From Haliotis rufescens (taxonomy: Eukaryota): a stretch of DNA of 64,000 nucleotides. Below the pieces are notes generated by a model, which was not told the origin of the DNA, searched no databases, and worked only from the letters and a program-made list of their open reading frames with translations. Below are positions 23,442 to 36,770 of this stretch, piece by piece. Both the position numbers and the translations under genes were made by a program. The stretch is from assembly GCF_023055435.1 (NCBI RefSeq), contig NW_025963791.1, forward strand, positions 7,440,001 to 7,504,000, read 5' to 3'. Numbering within the stretch: the first letter of the stretch is position 1; every line of letters starts with the position of its first letter.

Positions 23442-26400
23442 ATGTATACTGTCACCAGATATGTCTTATTTTTTATGTGTGTGTTGCCGAAAGTCCTAAG
23501 TGCAAAGACAAGGAATGTTTTGGTGATTGTAGGTAAGCTTCAAACAATATATACATCACCACTTTGTTATGGAAATGACGTTGATGATTGAATAGATTGT
23601 AGTAATTCTACTCAGCGTGGTTTATTCATTTCTAGTACATTTGTAGACACATTTCAAAACATCGTGCTTCATTTGGAGGAAGTACATACAGGAGAGTGGC
23701 AGTTAACCCTCTACTCTGGGCATCCGGTATACCACTTAATTTGTCTTGGCATCCAGTTTAAACAACACCAGGGTCTTACCAGTGCTCACAGCTAGCACAA
23801 GTAAATTAGATTTGGATTTCCACGTAGAATGCATGGCCATGCGTCCTCATACATGGAGCTTAATTATGACTAAATAATGTATTGTTATTCACTCTTTGCA
23901 AAAAAAGTGAAGAAATTTGAGCATTGAAATATTGGCATCTGTGTAGCAGAAAAACATTTCATGGCATCCAGCGTACTGCACTGCAGCATCCATAATACCA
24001 CAGTTCGGCAGGGGGGTTGATATCTTCATAGAGGGACTATATGATCTACAGTCTGCTGCTAGGGCTGGGACGAGTCCAAATTTACTACCGGCGTACCCAA
24101 CCCCCTATTACCCGACCCTATCTGGGTACCCGCTGTAAATCTCAAGAGCTAGGTACAAACTGTCCGATTGGGAAAAGTTTGACTGTAGCCCTGGCAAAAT
24201 GTGTTTAGATACACGTATAAAACAATCTGGTGTATACACTAAACTTGACTTAAGTTTTATTTTTTTCAAACATAAAAAAGTCAGAAGGAATAGGTTGCTG
24301 GGGACCAATTCTAACCAAGAATCGCCATGGGAACACTATCCAGTGTAGATATAGAACTATTTATGTTTGAAACTGAGGGCACAGTCACTGTGTAATATTA
24401 GAGTAATCGTGGATTAATATATTTACCCCTCACTGTATGTTTCCTAGGTGATGATGCAGGTTTTGAGACACAGGTCTACAACAACTCAGTGTGTCGCACC
24501 CCCAATATCAACAAACTAGCCGCCCAGAGTGTCGTCTTCAAGAATGCCTTCACTTCCGTCAGCAGCTGCTCACCTAGCAGGTACCTTCACAGAGACATAA
24601 AGATATTCCCAGAGACATAAAGACATTCCCAGAGACATAAAGATATTCCCAGAGACATAAAGATATTCCCAGAGACATAAAGATATTCCCAGAGACATAA
24701 AGATATTCCCAGAGACATAGAGACATTCCCAGAGACATAAAGATATTCCCAGAGACATAAAGATATTCCCAGAGACATAAAGATATTCCCAGAGACATAA
24801 AGATATTCCCAGAGACATAAAGACATTCACAGACATATAAACAGACAGACAGTTTATTCAGTATTTTAGGCATCAAGGCCCATAGTTCAATGCAGATTGG
24901 ATATTATCATTGTCACGTGATGTACATGATCAGATTTTATATCAAGTTACACATTCCTCATTTTAAGGACATGTTTTAAGAATACAGAAACAGCATGGAT
25001 CATATCAGGATTTTCAGAGTTTAGCAGATTTATCATTAACTGATGGTCTTTAAAAGTACCTTGCAACATGGGGAGAAATTTATACCTTAAATGGGAATAC
25101 TTTTCACATATATGAAGGACATGGTATTCATTCTCTACTTCTCGGGATGAACATTTTGTACAAATAGAATTCACAATATCACCGTCTTTGGACCTGCGAC
25201 ATATATTTACATTAAAATTATGCAATGAAATTCTAAGTTTACAATAAGCTCTGATTAAACGTTTATCATTTAAACAAGTTAAATATCTTTCAGTTTGTAA
25301 CAATGATTTTAATTTGCTGTAATTGCTGAGATAAAGTGATTCAGAAATACTTTAAGACAATTACAGATACATAAACATGATAAAGACAATCACACACAAA
25401 TATATACATTCGCAGACACATAAAGAGATTCACAGAGACATTCACAGACACATAAAGGCTTTTACAGACACATGTATGAATTCCTTGACACATATACATT
25501 CACCAGCACATATGCATTCACTGACACATAATTCATATGTTAAATCCAACTCACTCACTCACTCCCTTTTAGATTTATTTTGGAAACAGAACTGCCTCCA
25601 GGGTAATTGTACCTATGTGGGGAATCAAATCTGATCTCCAGCATAACAAGCAAATCTACTACATGTAATACTTACTACTTGTACGAGGCTACCAAGCGTC
25701 AATCATCGTAGTATGTAATAGTACTTGTGTTCAGTATACGACTGTTGCTGTAAGTGTAAGTGTATAACAGATCCGCCATCTTGATTAAGGTAAGGATATG
25801 TATCATTCCACTCGGGATGGGGTGGAAGTGTTGCATTGGTATTGAGTCGCATTTTTGGCAAGGTGTCAATCAGCAGTGGTATTAATTTGGAGACGCATTA
25901 ATTTCAAGATTTACAGAATTAAGTATACGACTGTTGCTGTAAGTGTAAGTGTATGACAGATCCGCCATCTTGACGGGTCTGCCGCAGCACCAGAACGGCA
26001 TGTACGGCCTGCATCATAGCGTGCATCACTTCATGTCCTTCGACGAGGTGCAGAGTCTGCCAAGGATTTTGACTAATGCTGGTATCAGGACAGGTGTGTA
26101 TAGCAAGGAAACACAGTTCACTGACATTGGAAGTACTGTCTTGATTATAGTAGGCCAAACATATTTGTTGCTTAATCATGCATCTGCTTGTTTCCAGTAT
26201 TTTAAAAGTGAAAGATAAAATATGAATTAGAATTTCTTTATTTCTGGTAAAGTTTTATTTTAACATTAGGATAAGCAAAGACGTATGACAACATGATGTA
26301 TAAGGTTTATTTGCAACTACTGTAGAATGTGTAAAAATAAGAATGTTTGGAATAAAAGAAAGGGATATTCTATATTGCATTATAGCTAAAATGGATAGAA

Positions 26401-29400
26401 TTATCATTAAACCGCCCGCACGTTATCAGAAATGAGTGGGCCACTGTAACTTGATAATGCCCTCATAATGCTTGACGACGGGCCATTATCAAGCCTGTTG
26501 TGAGGTGACGTCATAAGGTAGAGAAAGTGACGTCACGTATTGTAGTGACGTCATCTGGTTTGTTCTATGACGTTTCCATGTTTGTAAAATGGGGTCAGTG
26601 ACATTCGTGTTGATTGCAAAAATTTTAAAAACCGATGTTGTTGTTTCTTTTTATTTGATAACAAATTCCATCCATTTTAGCTATAATAACGATAACGCTA
26701 TTTTTCAGGGCATTATCATATGCAGAAGCCCTTGGTCTTTTCAACTGCCCTCCTTCGTCGGGCAGTTAATGGAAAACCTCGGGCTTCTGCAAATGATAAT
26801 GCCCTGAAAAAAAGCGTTATCCTTATAGTAACATCTTTATCTGAAGAAAAGCTGTTTGTGTGTTAAAAAGGCCAATTATGAAAGCATTTATAAAGGCCAT
26901 GCTAGAGTACAGTTGTGTATTATAAGTGTGAACTATCCAGGGTATAATTGTCATTTGTATTGTTTTTCTTTAAAATCCAAGTTTTCAAATCAAGAGATGG
27001 AGCCAATTGGTTTCAGAAAGCTGATACAGTAGAACATGGATATAACAAACTACAAGGGACTGGAGAAATCAGTTTGTTATACACATTGTTCGTTATATAC
27101 GTTTCCACTCGGAAACGACCGCCATCTTGGCTAAAACAAAACACGAGACACATACACGTTTATACACGTGTCCTTCTGCATCTACCAGTGATTCAGTTAA
27201 AAAGTACCCAATGATTCAACTTAAAAACAAATAAATGCACAGCTCGGAAGAAATTGTATATGAAATTATTACTTTATGAGAATAATATATTCCAATATCG
27301 TGTTATTTTAGTTACAGCTTTCACTATATATATTTAGAATTATAAGAACCCTAAGCATAGCACTTTGGGATTGTCGGGGATCAGATATCAGTTCACTATA
27401 TATGTTAGTTCACTGTAGAGAGTTTGTTATCTACGTAAATTTTATATGATAATATATAGGAGATAAATCAGGGATTTTTTAACAGTTCGTTGTATCCGTT
27501 TTTTTCGCTCTATCCATGTTCGTTATATCCGTGTTCTACTGTACCTGGATTGGCTCAAGAACCTGTGCATCCTTCCTTTAGATTGGGTTCAAACTTTGCT
27601 TGGAGCTCACCCTCCTATGGAAGCACTACTTTCAACATTTTTTATGTTCATCTCTTGTGTTTGTTTCACTACAGGCATTGTGGGCAAGAAGCATGTAGGT
27701 CCCGAGCCAGTGTACCCGTTTGACTTCTCCCAGACGGAAGAGAACCACCCGATCCTGCAGGTTGGACGTAACACCACGTTCATCAAGCAGTACGTCCAGG
27801 AGTTCCTGGCAGTCAATGACACAAGGTGGGTTACGAAATAATACCCATGTACCCTTGAGGCCTAGTAATGTTTGATATTTGAAAATGCGCATTTCATTGA
27901 TTCTCAATGACCCCAGATCTCAGTCTGATCTCTATCTGAAGGTATCGTATTGGAGTAAAGGATCTGATGTTAATGTAGACACTACTTCCTTACATCACCT
28001 ATGAATAATTACATTTTCGTTGTGTTCATTGAAATTCCTGCATTCTGATTAGCTGAATTGGTCACTTGTTCTTGCATTCATTTCCCAATGAATGCAAAAG
28101 ATTAAGCTACGCCCACCTAGCACACTACTTTTATTACTGAGGAATGTCGGGGAATCCCAATATTACAGTAGAGGGAATTCCCTTTCTGCTCACTTGTAAT
28201 GTCATGCACAGGACATTTAGCAACATTCATGCATATTCATTGTCCAAACTACCCTTTGAAACCGAAGGCTGAGAATGAATGAAACACCAAAGGTGCAGGC
28301 TCGCTCACCTGTTTTTTCCCCGCTCGCCTCGGTTCAACTTTCATGTCTTCAGATTTCATTTCTGACTAGCATTTTTCCAACTGTGTTTTCCCGTTTTCAG
28401 CAAAGTAATGTTTGAATCTGGTGGTAACTTACCATGTTATTTGAAACAGCTGCCTACTCCCGGACTTATTTCTTCCCGTTCATTACAGTCTGACTGTTGT
28501 AGTTCTTCTCGCCTCTTGCCTTAATTGACAGGTTCAATGAAAATTGTTTTGATCCTACTCTCCCTTGATTGGCTACTGACTGTGTAGGCATGTCAAGTTA
28601 TGTGCATAAATTAATCGATCAGCTGATTCATGTCACGCCACAGTAGATATTCCTATACATCTCGTCATTTTTGTCTGTTTTGATATATACAACAGTTTTT
28701 GGTTAAACTATTTTAGATAAAACATGTTTTACGTTGTCGAATTTAATCATAAGCATTGACTGTATTTTTTTTGGTTCATATATACACGGATTCATACAGT
28801 TTGCACATTGGTTTTTCGATTCATACCTCAATGAACCGAAAAAATACAAAGTCAATCCTTAAATGCATTCAGGCGAAATGCAGTGGTAGTAGTGAATCAC
28901 GTCTATTTTTAGTCAAGTAATGACATGAGGCTGTGGTAGTCAAACTCAGTACAGGAATATTGTGCGAACCCTACCTTTGCCCGATCCTGATACTGAAGCA
29001 ACGTACAAAGAAGGTGGATGCAAGAAATATGCATGAAATATGCATGTAATCTGAGACCTCAGTGTGTGAGAGCACATGCTGGTTTCCCCTTCGCTAGAAC
29101 CAGGCTGTAGCTTGGTTCGTCTATTAAAAAAACCGACAACACAAAGTGTCCATATGTATTCATGGGTGATAGAGGAATGCAGTGTATACAAACCTGGGAA
29201 GTACTGACAATGTTGAAAGCTTTGTGTTTGAATTTCAGACCATTCTTTCTGTACATTGGTTTCCATGACCCCCACCGTTGTGGCAGCACCCAGCCTCAGT
29301 ATGGGCAGTTCTGTGAGAAGTTTGGTAATGGGGAACCAGGAATGGGTTTGATCCCAGACTGGAAGCCCGTGAAGTACTCTCCTGATGAAGTAGTGGTGCC

Positions 29401-31620
29401 CTACTTTGTACAAGACACACCAGCTGCTCGGGCAGACATAGCTGCACAGTACACTACTATCAGCAGACTTGATCAGGGTAAGTAACTCTTTGGCAGCAGG
29501 CCTGGATCAGGGAAGGTAACTCTTGGAAGGAGAAAGTATCAGGGTAGGTAACTGTTTAGCAGTAGACTGGATCAGGTTAGGCAACTCCTAGTAGTAATAT
29601 GGATCAGGGCAGGTAACTCTTGGAAATAGAAGGCATAAGGGTAGGCAACTTGGAAATAGACTAATTCAGGGTAGGTAACTCTCAGTAGTAACCTAGATCA
29701 GGGTAGATAACTATTTCACAGAAGAGTAGGTAACACCTGGCAATAGACTGGATCAGGTATGTAATACTTAGTAATAGACAGGAACAGGGCATGTGACTCT
29801 TGGCACTAGACTGGACCAGGTTAGGTAACTCTATGCAATAGACTCGATCAGGGCAGGTAACTCTTGGAAATAATAAGCATAAGGGTAGGCAACTTGGAAA
29901 TAGACTAGATCAGGGTAGGTAACTCTCAGTAGTAACCTTGATGAAGGTAGATCAGGCAACAGACTCAATCAGGTATGTAATGCTTAGTAATAGACTGGAC
30001 CAGGGTAGGTAACTCTTGGCACTAGACTGGACCAGGGTAGGTAACTCTATGCAATAGACTGGGTCAGGGTATGCAATGCTAGTAATAGACAGGAACAGGG
30101 TAGGTGACTCTTGGCACTAGACTAGATCAGGCTAGTTAACTCTTGATAGTAGGCTGGATCAGAGTAAGAAACTCTTGTGTAGTCTTGGTCAGGGTAGGTA
30201 AGTCTTTGGTAGAAGGCTTGATAGATTTAGAATGAGTATATAACAAGCCCTCTCTCCACTGTGTAAGTATCAGTATAATACAAGCCCTCTCTCCACTGTG
30301 TAAGTATCAGTATAATACAAGCCCTCTCTCCACTGTGTAGGTATCAGTATATAACAAGGTGTATCTCCACTGTGTAGGTATCAGTATATATCAAGGTGTT
30401 TCTCCACTGTGTAGGTATCAATATATAACAATCCTTATCTACACTGTGTAGTTATCAGTATATAACAATCCGTATCTCCACTGTGCAGGTATTGGCATGC
30501 TGATGAAGGAGCTCCAGGAGGTGGGCGTGGCAGATGACACTCTCATCGTCTACACATCTGACAACGGCATCCCCTTCCCCTCTGGCCGCACCAATCTCTA
30601 CAACCCCGGCATGGCTGAACCAATGTTGGTGTCATCCCCGGCACACAGGGAGCGCTGGGGTCAGGTCAGTCACACCCCACTGCACATGTTACGAGGTTTA
30701 CAACCATCACTGAAACATGTTTGCCAGTGTATGTGTTTTCTTTAAAATATACTGAAATGTTTCAAAATTCCAATATACTTTTCATCCAGGAAGGTAAAAA
30801 TTACTATTACTGCTCACCTCACTGTTTTTATTAAAGGTCTCTTGTTCACAACAAATTTTGAGTTCTGAAAATATTGAAAACTTCGCAAAGTGGTCCAGTA
30901 TTGTGTTGTGGTCCTCAATAGCACCACATTTGTACCACAACCCTGTCTCTGTTTCAGGAGAGCAATGCTATGGTCAGTCTGGTAGACATTGTTCCGACTG
31001 TGCTCGAGTGGTACGGCTTACAGTACCCCAACTATGTCCTCAACAAGCAGCCCGTCAAGCTGACAGGGCGATCTGTCCTCCCCATCCTCCTGGCAGAGCC
31101 ACCAACAGGCTGGACCTCAATCTACGCCAGTCATGACCTGCATGAGGTCACCATGTATTACCCAATGAGAGTTGTCCAGACTACCCGCTACAAGCTCATT
31201 CAGAACATCAACTTCAAGATGCCATTCCCAATCGATCAGGACTTTTATGTCTCACCATCATTCCAAGATATCCTGATGCGTACCAGGCAAGGCCAACCCC
31301 TACCATGGATAAAGACATTGCGGGAATATTATTACCGCAGTCAGTGGGAGCTGTTTGACCTTGAACTTGATCCAAAGGAAACCAAGAACATGGCTAAAGA
31401 TGCAGGATATGCAGAGGTCCTGAAGCAGCTGCAGATGGATCTGACTCAGTGGCAGAACGTGACTGCAGACCCCTGGATATGTGCCCCTGGCGGGGTTCTG
31501 GAGGCTAAAGGTGCCCACAAACTCAACCCTCAATGCATGCCTTTAGACAACATGCTTGATGAGGACATTCCACAGTTGAGAACAGAGGACCTTTATAACG
31601 TCAAGCAGTTGGACACATGA
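23442..31620 (+). CDS. SGSH: N-sulphoglucosamine sulphohydrolase (sulfamidase), 7 exons, 528 aa
   Basis: Exons 23442-23532, 24448-24580, 25960-26093, 27675-27825, 29239-29477, 30489-30664, 30958-31620; all GT-AG and phase-compatible (1587 nt). Signal peptide, GDDAG, sulfatase signature [48 protein letters not shown]. Confidence 0.96.
24590..24845. repeat. 20-bp minisatellite (CCCAGAGACATAAAGATATT)n in SGSH intron 2
   Basis: About 12 tandem units; degenerate copies near 25365-25520. Confidence 0.95.
24947..25303 (-). pseudogene. 3' fragment of a non-LTR retrotransposon ORF2
   Basis: KLRISLH...CTKC...[15 protein letters not shown]-terminal CCHC motif typical of LINE ORF2 ends. Confidence 0.75.
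27027..27541. mobile_element. Tc1/mariner-pogo type MITE
   Basis: TIRs CAGTAGAACA(T/C)GGATATAAC flanked by TA on both sides. Confidence 0.85.
29461..30210 (+). repeat. ~32-bp minisatellite derived from the SGSH exon 5 donor junction
   Basis: Unit ~AGTAGACTGGATCAGGGTAGGTAACTCTTGGC; the first unit is the real exon/intron boundary. Confidence 0.9.
30236..30493 (+). repeat. ~37-bp minisatellite derived from the SGSH exon 6 acceptor junction
   Basis: Seven units ending CACTGTG(T/C)A(A/G); the last unit is the real acceptor. Confidence 0.9.
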
Positions 31621-33009
31621 CTTGACCTATGGTTTCCACAACATCTACTGGGTCATGGTTCCAAGCCCATCTGTACTCTTGGATTTCACAGAAGTACCAA
31701 AAATCTTTCACCTGCATCACCTTCTGTTAATCTTCCCAAGGCAAGGGAGTTATCTGACTAAAAAATTCCAGTTTCCACCCTTGACAAATTAGACTGGAAT
31801 TCCGGAAGTTATATTTTGGCTGGACTAACAAATCTAAACATAGTTCAATCCTAATCATGTTATGAAATCGACATCCATACGTAAACTGCCATGCAGATTT
31901 CTTGTTGATTGTAGGATTTGCAAAGCATTTGTACCAACAGAATATTTTCTAAATCTTTCCACATTTTTAATCAAGGTGCTCAAGCAATTTAATAAGCTTT
32001 GCAAGGTAAAACACATTTTATAGCAATATAGATCTATATTATCTGTGAGATCGTCTTGACAGGGAGCAAGCCATTTCGTTTGAAGCAAATGCAATAATGT
32101 GATCGGTGGAATCTGATTGGTCAGTTGGAGGGACAGAGAAGGGATATATCCACTTGTAATAGCCACTGGTGGTGTTACAATCGAGCCGCGAAATTCCAGC
32201 CTAGTTCGGCAAGGGTGGAAACTGGACCTTTATAAATACTATTCGACACTTGTCCAAGAAGCTGACAATTTCTTCCATACAATCGGGTTGCATATATACC
32301 ATTATTTTATTTTCATTTGGATGTAAAAATGTTAAAAAAATGTTTCCTGGTGTGGGGTCATGGGTGGACCAGTTGTTAAAGGTGCTGCAGCTTGTTATGT
32401 GGAGTTGCATCCCTTAGACGTGTCAGGAATCTATCACCATGGGATACATAGATCTTTTACAATGTACATACTGGTGTATTTTTAAATAAAAAGCAATGAA
32501 AATACATCTTTATCATTTGTGTGCAGGTAAACAAACTGGCCGACTTGTCGTAAGAGGCAACTAACAGGATCAGGTAGTCAGGCTCACTGACTTGGTTGAT
32601 GCATGTCATTAAATCCCAATTGCGTGGATTGATGCTCATGATGTCAATCACTGGATTGTCTGGTCCAGTCTCGATTATTTCCTGACCACCATCATTTAGC
32701 TGGAATATTGCTGAGTGTGGCGTAAACAAAAAACAAACAAAAAAAACAAACAAAAAAACTGATCAAGTAAACAAAGTGACAAAGTCAAACTGGTGACCTA
32801 CTGGTCAACAATTCACTGTGAATAAATGCATCATTTTCACATGTGTAAATGTGAAATTTGATGTACAACGGTGCTAACAATAACCTTATGTTTTGTTGTA
32901 TTATGATTTTTGTCACAACTTCAACCTTTATGTATGGATGCCAGTAGTTCATCATGAACATGTAACTTGCCCTCTTTAACCATTTATGCATGTATCATGT
33001 AATTTAATT

Positions 33010-33268
33010 TGTTTGTTTGTTTAACGCCCCCCTCAGCAATATTCCAGCTATATGATGGCGGTCTGTAAGTAATCGAGTCTGGACCAGACAATCCGGTGAT
33101 TGATATCATAAGCATCGATCCACGCAATTGGGATCGATGACATGCATCAACCAAGTCAGTGAGCCTGACCACCCGATCCTGTTAGTTGCCTCTTACGACA
33201 AGCATAGTCGCCTTTTACGGCAAGCATGGGTCGCTGAAGACCTATTCTACCCCGGATCTTCAGGGGTT
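33010..33268 (-). mobile_element. SINE family B (Nin-domain-like), (AAAC)n tail
   Basis: Core CTTGTCGTAAGAGGC(G/A)ACTAAC. Other copies ~32540-32750 (+), ~35103-35360, ~51759-51960, ~59143-59372, ~60127-60372, plus decayed pieces. Domain name assigned from memory. Confidence 0.8.
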
Positions 33269-33470
33269 GTAATTTAATTTCTACAATCTTGCAACCCCTA
33301 TTATGTTTCTTGGTTGGTCAGCACCATACTGTTCATGGGTTTCACTAAAGTGGTAAACTTCTAAAACCTGCATCAATTCAGGCTTTCCTCTCAAATCAAG
33401 CTGACACACCATGATTTAACTGGAATAATGTTCAAAGAGGTGTTAAGCTAAACTCACTCAATCTGGCAAT

Positions 33471-33799
33471 CGATCGCCTCTGTTGTCTAGCGACAGAGCG
33501 TTCGCCCAGAGAACAGAAGGTCCGGGTTCGATCCCGGCAATATCATACCTAAAAACGTTAAAAGATAGTACTTGGTATCCTGGGTATTATGGGGCTAAAC
33601 CAAGGACTGGTCGTCTCGGAGTCAGTATGCTGTGTCTGAGTGGGGTAGTCATGTTACACTGATTCATGGTATCTCAATGAGCTAGCACTATAAAATCGGC
33701 ATCTGTCCTGACTAGTACAAGCACCCACGCGAGACAAACGTTGCTATATAGGTGCAACAATCTTAGAACCAGCATTAAACCCCATTTCACCTCACCTCA
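33471..33799 (+). mobile_element. tRNA-headed SINE family D (Meta-domain-like)
   Basis: B-box GGTTCGATCCC, core GTCAGTAT..TGTGTCTGAGTGGGGTA, (CACCT)n tail, 15-bp TSD ACTCAATCTGGCAAT. Confidence 0.85.
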
Positions 33800-34066
33800 A
33801 CTCAATCTGGCAATAAGGAATATAGTGTTGTCAGTTCTTCCTGTTTTTTTCTGCCAAGTAAGCATTCTGATGCTTTAATGGAGATGAAGCTGGGGAAAAT
33901 CGTGACTCACACACCACCAATTTGTTAGCTAGGCACATTGTTTGACCTTGAAATTGATGATAACATTAATGTTCAAATAGACCATATGCACCTCGACTAG
34001 ACATGGGCACCGTGGAGAGTAGTTCCCCCTTTAAGTGGAACCTCCCCATCCTCATGTTCCATAAAA

Positions 34067-36770
34067 TCATTGTAAGGAACAAATTCTTGACTTTCCACAC
34101 GTGTTGTTTGTAGTTTCTTCCGAATCCGCACGGAGTAGTGACTTCTTGTCATGACAATAAACGCATGCTTCTCCGACAGACTCATGAACCGTCGGTAACT
34201 TGTATGAATTGTCTTTACAACGTTCCATCTTTTCAAAGTCTGTAGCAAGACCACGCGTTCCTTGTTCCTCAGGGGCTTGTGACGTGTGTTCATCTCCGGG
34301 TGCTGTTTTAGACCTCGAAGACGTATTCAAAATTCTCTTTTCTTCGGAATGGTCGTGGGAATCGACTGGTTCTTCAAAATGCTTTAAGCCATTTGTCAGT
34401 TTCCTTTCTGAATTCAATTGTTCATAAACCGTCTCTAAGTCGTGTTCAACATGAACCTGAAGCCGTTCTTCCGTTTCAATCACGTTTTGGTGCAATGTAT
34501 TGAGGATAGACCGGTCGTGAGTCGTTCGTTCTGGTGACTGTTTTTGAACCCGACGTCGCTCTTTCATTGCAGTGGTTGGTTTTGCATTGCAGGTCTTCTT
34601 AATTATTTTCCTTACAAGGGTTGTTTTTGATGAGAGTGATGGTCGCACAAGCTCGCCGTTTTTGAATATGGGTGGTGGTAGAAGTTGCGAGAGGCTGTAG
34701 TTGTCAGCAGCCGTAGTGACGGCGTTGTAGATGGAGATGAGACAGTCACGAACGCTTGTGGAATGGTCACCACTGAGGAACAGTCTCGATGTCTGGCCCC
34801 ATGACCGGACGACTTCATCATGCAGTTTCCAAAGATTCTGAAGAGTTTCATAGACCCCTGTAACCTGTTGAAAATTACCAATTATTTTCATGTATTTATT
34901 AACTATCACATCACTATTTTAGAGTAACAACGCGTCAACATCTTTGGTACCAGATGAGATTTTTGTAAAATTTCAATTAAAGTATCTTCATCCAAAACCA
35001 CAGATCTGTATGGCCAACGCTAAAATGGTACTTAATACGTTTGCATGGATGGTTATAAATATATGGATTCTATATAGTTACAAAAATCATCACATTAAAA
35101 GATTGGTTGGTTGGTTTCTTGTTTAACGCCACACTCAGCAATATTCCAGCTGTATGGCGGCGGTCTGTAAAATAATCGAGCCTGGACCAGACAATCCAGT
35201 GATTGATATCATGAGCATCGATCCATATAATTGGGATCGATGACATGCACCAACCAAGTCAGCGAGCCTGACCACCCGATCCCGTTAGTCGCCTCTATAG
35301 TCTCATTTCACATCAAGCATGGGTTGCTGAAGACCTATTCTACCCCGGATTTTCAAGGGTGATAGCGAATTGTGACCCAGGGCTGACTTGGCTCCCTATG
35401 CCCACATCATAGTTATGAGAATCGTGAAATGGAACAGATCGATCATGATATTACATGTGTGACGTTGCTGAATCAAGTCATATACATAACAATAAGATAT
35501 AATAAGGTTGTAACGAACGACGAATTGTATGCATACAAAATTATAACGAACAGTTGTGCATGATCAATATCCACGCATTAAGTCACAACTGAGGTTTTCT
35601 CACCTTCACCTCGTGGAGAATGACATTCCTCAGTAGAAACAACCACATTCTCATGTCGTCAAATTCTTCTAAGATTTCATTACTGAACAAGTACTCCAAG
35701 TCTGAAGAGAATGAGTGAATTGAATGAATTGTTGGTTATCGCCGTTCTGTACAGTATTTCATCTATATCAGGGCGTGTAAGACAGTTATCACTTTGGTGA
35801 AATTACTAGAACGGTAAAACTGGACAAACCATGGATCATAATCGGGGCGAATTTGAGTTTCGATACAAAGATCAGTGGATCCTGGCACAACTAAGGAACA
35901 TAACTCTTCAGAACGTATTGCAGCGCCCGAGACAACTGCATGAACATGAACAGTTACAAGCACAGGCCATTTACAGAATATGTTCGATGTTATAAGTTGA
36001 GAAAGAATGCGCAATTCTTACTTCACCTTTGCCTAAGAATGAGTGTCTATAACCCAAAGCCATGTATAAAAGATAGTGATCTCATTGTAATATGCGAGCG
36101 AGTTTGGTTTTAAGCTGCTTTGAACTGTTTACAGTATTTCAGTTATATCACGGGGTGTCAGCTTGATGTGGGAGGAAGTGATGAAGGTATTAGACGTTTA
36201 ACACTTTGGTGAAGCCCCCGAGCACAGGTTTGGTGAGGACATATTTACCAATAAACATGATCAGGGAGAATCTGGGCATTGTAACTAAAGATAACAATTC
36301 ATATTGACTTGCAATGCAGCTGTCAGCATGAACACAGTGGCCTACTGTGTTTAGAGTCATTCAGTATAAATTCGTTAAAACGGGGAAGTAGTAACTCAAA
36401 CTCCATTACTATACGTATGGTTTAAGATACATCCGGATTCTATAGATACACCATGGTCTGCATCGACACTCCGCCTTTCTCGAAATACGGATAACTCGAA
36501 CCCTTTTAGAACTTCGTGGAAATGTTTGTCGTAAGATCCGACCGAAATGAGGATCGGGTTGTTATGATGCGGTATCGCTAATCACGGACAACGTGGAACG
36601 TTATTCAAACCGATTTGCTATTTTCAGACTACCGTCATTTGGTGAGAATATTGCTGACCGCGGTGCCGAAAGACAGTCACTCAAACTAACCAGATTACAA
36701 TGTCCAAACAAAACATCTTACCTTTTCTGTGTCTGGCGCCACGCAGCCAGTCTTCTCCACAGTATGTCAT
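34067..36770 (-). CDS. Uncharacterised 3-exon gene, 314 aa (orphan family X, copy 1)
   Basis: Exons 36770-36722 (49 nt), 35701-35604 (98 nt), 34864-34067 (798 nt); GT-AG, in frame. Homologous exon by exon to the 50862 gene. Ends CSLQ*. Confidence 0.72.

Noticed and set aside
23703-24020. piggyBac-like MITE (TTAACCC...GGGTTGA)
   Set aside because: TIR too degenerate and the right-hand TTAA is absent.
24570-24876. Cys/Trp-rich ORFs in three frames
   Set aside because: Translation of the 20-bp intronic minisatellite.
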